Program-made: the position numbers and the translations under genes | The notes under the pieces: generated by a model | The model's database searches: none | The model's input: the letters and a program-made list of their open reading frames with translations, nothing else | Told to the model about the DNA's origin: nothing | In this document: positions 58,312-64,000 of the stretch, in pieces | Position numbering within the stretch: the first letter of the stretch is position 1 | How the letters are laid out: each line of letters opens with the position of its first letter | Assembly: GCA_031409655.1 (NCBI GenBank) | Contig: JANNXQ010000078.1 | Location: 44,525 to 108,524, forward strand | DNA length: 64,000 nucleotides | Source: Chthoniobacteraceae bacterium | Lineage (GTDB): Bacteria > Verrucomicrobiota > Verrucomicrobiia > Chthoniobacterales > Chthoniobacteraceae | Direction of reading: 5' to 3'

Positions 58312-59184
58312 CTACTTCGTGAGGGCGAGGAAAAGCTCTTCGAGGGTGAGCGCCTGCGTCTGCACATCGCGCGCGCCGCGCTGGGTGAGCGAGGCGAGCG
58401 GACAGCTCAAAGTATCGAGCACCGCGCGCCACCGAGAGCCTTCGCGCTCCTGCACGGTGAGGCCCGGGACGCGAGAGAAATGGTCCGCATTCTCCGCGGA
58501 AAACTCCGCCTGCAAATGCCGCTCGACCAGCTCACCAGTCGCGCCTTCCATGAGGAGCCGCCCTTTATGTAAAAGGCCCACGCGGTCCGTGAAGCGCTCG
58601 AGGTCGGAGAGCTGATGCGAGGAGATGAGGACGGTGCGCGCTTCGTCGCGGACGATGGCGAGCAGCTCGGTGAAGATGGCCTTCTTCGAGTGCGCATCGA
58701 GACCGGTGGTCGGCTCGTCGAGCACCAGCACCTGCGGGTGCCAGGCGAGGGCGAGGAGCAGGGAGAGCTTCATCCGCCCACCAAACGAAAGGGTGCCGAT
58801 GCGCTCGCCAGCGCTGAGCCCGAGCGACTCCATGAGGCGGGCGCAATACGCGTCGTCCCAGGTGGGCCGGAAGCCGCGCACGAAGCGGATCGCCTTCCCG
58901 ATCTTCCCCCACAAGACAAAGTTGAGGTCCGGACCGACGTAGGCGGCGCGCTGTTTCACTGCCACCTCGTCGCGAGCGTGATCGAGCCCGCAGACGCGGA
59001 TGGTGCCGGCGTCGGGTGAACCCATGCCGAAGATCTGGTCGATGAGCGTGGTCTTGCCCGCGCCGTTCGGCCCGATCAGGCCGTAGATGGAGCCATTCGG
59101 CACGACGAGATTGACCGGGCCGAGCGCGAAGGTCGGGAAGTGTTTTTCGAGAGCGGAGATTTCGAGAGCGGGAGCGGTGTTCAT
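58312..59184 (-). CDS. ABC transporter ATP-binding protein (YtrB-like)
   Basis: GPNGAGKTT; LSFGG; LVLDEPTTGLD; SSH. Confidence 0.94.
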   Translation of the reverse strand: MNTAPALEISALEKHFPTFALGPVNLVVPNGSIYGLIGPNGAGKTTLIDQIFGMGSPDAGTIRVCGLDHARDEVAVKQRAAYVGPDLNFVLWGKIGKAIRFVRGFRPTWDDAYCARLMESLGLSAGERIGTLSFGGRMKLSLLLALAWHPQVLVLDEPTTGLDAHSKKAIFTELLAIVRDEARTVLISSHQLSDLERFTDRVGLLHKGRLLMEGATGELVERHLQAEFSAENADHFSRVPGLTVQEREGSRWRAVLDTLSCPLASLTQRGARDVQTQALTLEELFLALTK

Positions 59185-59606
59185 GATTGGGCGTTCAGGA
59201 TTTCGAGGAAAAGGCGGCGCACTTCGGCGGGCTTGAGGCCGGCTTCAGTGGCCTCGCGGTGCGCGGTGCGAAGGAGTTCGCGGGCGTGATCGAGTTTCAC
59301 CTCGCGGGAGCGGTCGCCGCCGCCTTCGGAGACGAAAGTGCCGAGCCCCTGCCGGCGGAAGACGATGCCCTCTCGCTCCAGCTCTTCGTAAGCGCGCTTC
59401 ACGGTGATGACGCTGACGAGCAGCTCCTCCGCGAACTGGCGGAAGGACGGCAGCGCCGCGCCCGGCTCGATGCGCCGCTCGCTCACGGCGCGCTTCAGGC
59501 CCGAGACGATCTGCTCGTAAAGCGTGCCAGGGGCGGCCGGGGAGATCGGCGGGAGGAGGAGTTTGATGGATTTCGGAGGCACGGCGGGCGGCGAGTTACT
59601 GTGCAT
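59181..59606 (-). CDS. GntR-family regulator (YtrA subfamily)
   Basis: LYEQI...LPSFRQFAEELLVSVITVKRAYEELEREG...GLGTFV; short C-terminus. Confidence 0.93.
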   Translation of the reverse strand: MHSNSPPAVPPKSIKLLLPPISPAAPGTLYEQIVSGLKRAVSERRIEPGAALPSFRQFAEELLVSVITVKRAYEELEREGIVFRRQGLGTFVSEGGGDRSREVKLDHARELLRTAHREATEAGLKPAEVRRLFLEILNAQS

Positions 59607-59622
59607 ATTAAATATATACAGT
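59598..59622. promoter_or_regulatory. YtrA-type palindromic operator overlapping the GntR start codon
   Basis: ACTGTGCATATT-A-AATATATACAGT. Confidence 0.7.
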
Positions 59623-59828
59623 CATCTGTCCACGAAAATCTTCTCGCCGCTGGAGAGCGGATCGTTTTCGCGTCACCGCGGCGCCTTTCCGCGCCGCCAG
59701 CGAGCCCCGCGTGGCAAGAGGAAGAGGAAGAATGCATCGGTCAAAGGGAAATTCTTTCGCCCGTCGCAAAATCCCATTGCGTTTAGCGAGCGCTACGGCG
59801 AACGACTTGCTCTAGTAATGATCCCGAC

Positions 59829-60623
59829 GTGAAACCCGCGCTCCTCCTCGCCCTGTTTGCCAGTTTTCCGGCATTTGCCGAAGACCCGCAGGTCGTCACT
59901 CTCGTGACGAAAGGAGACGCCGCCGAGGCCCGGCACGATACGCGCGGCGCTCTGGTGAGCTACCGCGAGGCCGAAGCTCTCGACCCGAAGAACGTGGCCA
60001 TCCTGCTGCGCATCTCGAAGCAGTATTCCGATCTCATCGCGCAGACGAAACCCCAGGAGGCGGCGCAGAAAACGGCGGAGCGCGCACTCGATTACGCAAA
60101 GCGCTCCGTGGCCCTCGATCCTGCCAACGCCAAGGGACACCTGAACCTGGCAGTCTGTTACGGCCGGCTCACCGACTTCGTCGGGAACCGGACCAAGCTC
60201 GAGTATTCCAAGATCATCAAGGCGGAGGCGGAGAAGTCGCTCGACCTCGACGCCACGGACGACTTTGCCTGGCACGTGCTCGGGCGCTGGCATGCGGGTG
60301 TGGCAAATGTGAACGGCATGCTCAAGACGATGGCGAAGTTCATCTACGGCGGCCTGCCCGCGGCGAGTAATGAAGAGGCCGCGCGCTGCTTGAAAAAGGC
60401 CACTGAACTCGCGCCGCAGCGGCTGATGCATCACGCCGAACTCGCTCACGTCCACACCTTGATGGGCAAAACGGACCTGGCCCTGCAGGCCTGGCAAAAC
60501 GTCATGGGCATCCGCGCCGCCGATCGCGAGGACGAGGAGTATCAAAAGGAAGCGCGGACGGCCCTCGAGGCGGCCCGCGCGGCAGGCAGCGGCAAGCCAA
60601 GCAAATTCACCACGCAACGCTAG
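59829..60623 (+). CDS. Secreted TPR-like helical-repeat protein
   Basis: Signal peptide; repeats ALDPKN, ALDPANAKGH, AWHVLGRWH, ELAP. Confidence 0.8.
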   Translation: MKPALLLALFASFPAFAEDPQVVTLVTKGDAAEARHDTRGALVSYREAEALDPKNVAILLRISKQYSDLIAQTKPQEAAQKTAERALDYAKRSVALDPANAKGHLNLAVCYGRLTDFVGNRTKLEYSKIIKAEAEKSLDLDATDDFAWHVLGRWHAGVANVNGMLKTMAKFIYGGLPAASNEEAARCLKKATELAPQRLMHHAELAHVHTLMGKTDLALQAWQNVMGIRAADREDEEYQKEARTALEAARAAGSGKPSKFTTQR

Positions 60624-60633
60624 CCAGAACCGG

Positions 60634-60990
60634 CTATGCGCGGCGCCCGAAAGCGAGGGCCAGCCAGCCCGCGAGCAGGCAGACGCCACCGATCGGCGTG
60701 ATCGCGCCGAGGATTTTCACATTCGTGATCGCCAGGGTGTAGAGGCTCCCGCTGAAAATGAGCACGCCGACAAAAAGGAGCCGCCACGCCCAGACAGGTT
60801 GCGGCTCGCGCGAGGCGATGAAGAGCAGAACCGCTGCGTGGACGAGGTGATAGAGGGCGGCCGTTTCGTAGGTCGCAAGGGTTCCATTCCGCGCGAGCAA
60901 ATCCTTCAAGCCATGCGCTCCGAAGGCACCGAGGGCGACGGCGAGGAAGCCGAGGACGGCTGAGATGCGGAAGGTGACGGTGGAGTTCAT
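60634..60990 (-). CDS. DUF423 (YgdD/TMEM256) membrane protein
   Basis: GAFGAHGL; YHLVHA; FSGSLY; GAITPIGG. Confidence 0.92.
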   Translation of the reverse strand: MNSTVTFRISAVLGFLAVALGAFGAHGLKDLLARNGTLATYETAALYHLVHAAVLLFIASREPQPVWAWRLLFVGVLIFSGSLYTLAITNVKILGAITPIGGVCLLAGWLALAFGRRA

Positions 60991-61039
60991 GCCCGCGATG
61001 TAGCGCAAGGCGGCGGGTGGGGAAAGGGCCGCGTCGGCG

Positions 61040-63142
61040 TCAGCTCACTTGCGAAAACTGGGCAGTGCGCCCGCCGGCGAGTAGATCGCGGAAGTCTGCG
61101 TGCTCCGGTCGTTCGAGTTGCGGATCGCGTTCGAAAACGAGAAAGGCGGCGTTGCGCGCGAGGCGCATCAGTTCGTGATCGGCGAGCAGGTTGCCGAGCT
61201 TGAGTGGGGGCAGCCCGCTCTGTGCCGTGCCGAGGATGTCGCCTGGTCCGCGCAGCCGCAGATCGGCCTCCGCGATTTCAAAGCCGTCGCCCGTCGCCTC
61301 GAGGATCTGCAATTTCTCCAGGGCCTCGGCGTCGACCTTCGCGCCGGTGAGCAGGATGCAATAGGACTTGTGCGCGCCACGGCCAATGCGCCCGCGGAGC
61401 TGATGCAACTGCGCGAGGCCAAAACGCTCCGCGTTTTCGATGAGCATGATGTTCGCATTCGGCACATCGATGCCGACCTCAATGACCGTCGTCGCGATCA
61501 GCGCCTTCGTCTCGCCGCGGCGGAATTTTTCCATGATCGCCTCCTTTTCCTCCGCCGCGATCCGCCCATGGAGCAGCGCGCAAGGCTGCGGCGCGAGCAG
61601 CTTCTCCCACTTCGCAAACTCCGTCGCCGCTGCCTTGGCCTCGAGCTTATCGGATTCGTCGATGAGCGGATAGACGATGTAGCCCTGCCGCCCCGCTGCG
61701 AGATGCTCGCGGAGAAATTTCACCGCGTCGGGCAGCTTGGCGGCAGCGCGGACCCCGGTCACGATCTTGCCGCGGCCAGCCGGGAGTTCATCGAGCGTCG
61801 AGACATCGAGATCGCCATAGAGCGTCATGGTGAGGGTGCGCGGGATCGGCGTCGCCGTCATCACGAGGACATCCGGCGCCGCGCCCTGATCGCGCAGCCG
61901 CGCCCGCTGCTGCACGCCGAATTTGTGCTGCTCATCGATCACCGCCAGCCCCAGCCGCGTGAAACCCGCACCCTCGTAAAGGAGGGCGTGCGTGCCCACG
62001 AGGAGATGCGGCTCGGATTCAAAGCTATCGTTCGACGGCAAATCCTTGGGTTGAGTGAAAAGGGGCAGGGCCTCGGCGTCTTCCTTCCGGGAGCCGGTGC
62101 GGAGGGCGACGCGCAGGCCGAGCGGTTCGCAGAGCTTGCGCAGCGTGAGGTAGTGCTGCTCGGCGAGGATCTGCGTCGGGGCCATGAGCGCGGCTTGGTG
62201 GCCGCTTTCCACGCAGAGGAGCATCGCACTCAGCGCCACGAGCGTTTTGCCGCTGCCGACGTCGCCGTGCAGGAGGCGGTTCATCGGGTGCGGTGAGGCG
62301 AGGTCGGCGCGGATCTCGGCGATGGCCCGCTGCTGCGCGCCGGTCAGGGGAAAGGGGAGGGCTTCGTGCAGGCGCATCATCAGTGCGCCGCTGCCGCAGT
62401 GCGCGGCGCCTGGCTGCGCAGCCTGCTCGGATCGACGCGCGGCGATCGCGAGCTGCATGGCGAAGAACTCCCCGAGCACGAGATGCCGGCGCGCTTTCGC
62501 CAGCGCCTCTGGCGAGTCCGGGAAATGAATCTGCCGCAGCGCCCAGGCGCGCGGGGTGGCATCGAGCGACGACGGCACGAGCCGTGGGAGCGCACGGTCG
62601 CCGAATTTTTCCAGCACCTCCCAGACGATGCGCCGGAGCACCCGCGGGCTCAGGCCCTCGGTGGCTTTGTGGATCGGCACGAGCCGTTGCAGGTGGATCG
62701 ACTCCTCGGCGTCGTCCTCCACGACTTCGAATTCCGGATGCGAGATCACGACCGCCGACCCCGTGCGCTTCGGCTTGCCGTACACCACGAGCCGCTGCCC
62801 GTTCACGATCATCTTCTCGACCCAGTGCGCATTAAACCAGCGGCACGTAAGTGGCTGGCTGAGCGCGTGCGACTCTTCCTCCACGAGGATCACATCGAAC
62901 ATCTTCTGCGAGCCGCGAATCCGGCGCAGATTCGTCTTGTTCACCACGCCGCAGACGCACACCGGGCGATCGCTGTCGCCGGTCGGGAAGCGATCGAACT
63001 GCGTGCGGTCCTCGTGGCGTCGCGGGAAGTGCGTGAGCAGATCGCCGACGGTCCGCAAGCCGAAGCGCTCAAGCTGGCGCGCCCGCTGAGGCGGGAGCCA
63101 TTCGAGGTCCGGGAGCGGGGTCGCGAGGGTCACGCCGCGCAC
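61040..63142 (-). CDS. recG: ATP-dependent DNA helicase RecG
   Basis: RLLHGDVGSGKT; DEQHKFGV; MTATPIPRTL; FGLAQLHQLRGRIGRG; DLRLRGPG. Confidence 0.97.
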   Translation of the reverse strand: MRGVTLATPLPDLEWLPPQRARQLERFGLRTVGDLLTHFPRRHEDRTQFDRFPTGDSDRPVCVCGVVNKTNLRRIRGSQKMFDVILVEEESHALSQPLTCRWFNAHWVEKMIVNGQRLVVYGKPKRTGSAVVISHPEFEVVEDDAEESIHLQRLVPIHKATEGLSPRVLRRIVWEVLEKFGDRALPRLVPSSLDATPRAWALRQIHFPDSPEALAKARRHLVLGEFFAMQLAIAARRSEQAAQPGAAHCGSGALMMRLHEALPFPLTGAQQRAIAEIRADLASPHPMNRLLHGDVGSGKTLVALSAMLLCVESGHQAALMAPTQILAEQHYLTLRKLCEPLGLRVALRTGSRKEDAEALPLFTQPKDLPSNDSFESEPHLLVGTHALLYEGAGFTRLGLAVIDEQHKFGVQQRARLRDQGAAPDVLVMTATPIPRTLTMTLYGDLDVSTLDELPAGRGKIVTGVRAAAKLPDAVKFLREHLAAGRQGYIVYPLIDESDKLEAKAAATEFAKWEKLLAPQPCALLHGRIAAEEKEAIMEKFRRGETKALIATTVIEVGIDVPNANIMLIENAERFGLAQLHQLRGRIGRGAHKSYCILLTGAKVDAEALEKLQILEATGDGFEIAEADLRLRGPGDILGTAQSGLPPLKLGNLLADHELMRLARNAAFLVFERDPQLERPEHADFRDLLAGGRTAQFSQVS

Positions 63143-63321
63143 GATACTGGCGGGCCTTCCGACGACGAGAAAAAGACACGCTGATCCATTCTCGTGGGGA
63201 TAAAAATTACCGCCGGATGTGGCCAGCTTCCTGCATTCAGCATGAAGCCAAACAGTGCGGGAGATACCGGTTGACCGACTGCCTCACCCGACTAGCCTCC
63301 CGCGCTCAACGACCAAAACTA

Positions 63322-63825
63322 ATGCGCAAACTTCTCCTTCTCGGCCTCCTGGTCGTCCTCTCCGCCAACTCCGCAAAGGCCGCCGAATCGCTCTATAATC
63401 GCAGCACCGCCCGCCCGCTCGCCCCCGCGAAAGCCTCGCTGTTCGGACCGCAGGCCTCGAAATTCAAGTACGACAGCCGCATGGTGCGCGCGGCCGAGAT
63501 CGCCCAGGCGCGGGCGCATCGGCACTCCATCAGCCTCTGCTGGCGCTATGTGAAAGACGCGCTCCTCGCGGCGAAGATCATCACCACCCGTCCCGACACG
63601 GCCTACGCCAAACAGGCAGCGGGCGAGCTGCAAAATGAGTACGGTTTCAAGAAGCTCGATGTGAAGGATCCGTATCGCGCTCCGGTCGGATCGGTCATCG
63701 TTTACGGCGGTCGCGGTGCCGGCCATGTGGAGTTTCGGACGACCAAGGGTTTCGTGAGCGATTTCGTCTCGCTGCGCCCGTCGAATCGTCCGCTGATCGG
63801 CGTCTACGTGAAGCCGCGCGCATAA
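63322..63825 (+). CDS. Secreted CHAP/NlpC-P60-like putative peptidoglycan hydrolase
   Basis: Signal peptide; SLCWRYVKDAL and GHVEF...FVSDF suggest a Cys-His dyad. Confidence 0.65.
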   Translation: MRKLLLLGLLVVLSANSAKAAESLYNRSTARPLAPAKASLFGPQASKFKYDSRMVRAAEIAQARAHRHSISLCWRYVKDALLAAKIITTRPDTAYAKQAAGELQNEYGFKKLDVKDPYRAPVGSVIVYGGRGAGHVEFRTTKGFVSDFVSLRPSNRPLIGVYVKPRA

Positions 63826-63826
63826 C

Positions 63827-63948
63827 CCGGGAGCGCCGCCGTCCCGTGCGGCAATCCTTCGCTCGCGCAGCGCCATTTCCTTCGTCGGCGTCGAGAGTGT
63901 CGCTGCGCGAAAGTGACGAGGCCGCACGAGGACGGCGGCGCTCCCAGG
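63827..63948. repeat. REP-like inverted repeat pair between convergent genes
   Basis: CCGGGAGCGCCGCCGTCCCGTGCGGC ... GCCGCACGAGGACGGCGGCGCTCCCAGG. Confidence 0.8.
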
Positions 63949-63949
63949 A

Positions 63950-64000
63950 TCAGAGCGTCCCGCGGGTGACGCCGAGCTGCGATTGCGCTTTGAGCGTGCG
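63950..64000 (-). CDS. 3' end of a gene entering from the right edge (unidentified)
   Basis: Open frame RTLKAQSQLGVTRGTL* ending just before the REP-like repeat. Confidence 0.4.
   Translation of the reverse strand, partial: RTLKAQSQLGVTRGTL

Overview
High-GC bacterial chromosome segment. A PEP-CTERM protein, Tat-exported sugar enzymes, five sulfatases, an ECF/FecR pair and a DNDGLVNLLEFAFGLDP-type C-terminal tail point to Verrucomicrobiota, probably Chthoniobacterales-like (inference). The left half (about 1-36 kb) is accessory and mostly on the minus strand. It holds a secreted FN3-toxin/CPCC pair, bioB, a sugar-oxidation operon whose GMC oxidoreductase is interrupted by an in-frame TAG, a sulfatase/glycosidase cluster, and a ~1700-aa surface di-heme protein with an ECF sigma/FecR pair flanked by gene remnants. 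It also holds an inserted four-gene cassette (AAA+ ATPase, stand-alone Ser/Thr kinase, unknown 396-aa protein, convergent PD-(D/E)xK-like nuclease) that is the best candidate for an undescribed defence system. The right half is housekeeping and metal handling: polX, feoA-feoA-feoB, a heavy-metal RND operon led by a His-rich leader ORF ending RGPS plus a terminator hairpin, plsY-gpsA, alr, accB-accC, an MFS transporter, a GntR-ABC operon and recG. A recurring non-coding pattern is inverted arrays of five to six 7-nt units at operon junctions. Each array has its own unit sequence, and in two of them the upstream stop and downstream start codons sit at the base of the predicted stem. No CRISPR array, rRNA, tRNA, integrase or transposase was recognised. 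All calls come from reading motifs by eye; no database search was run.
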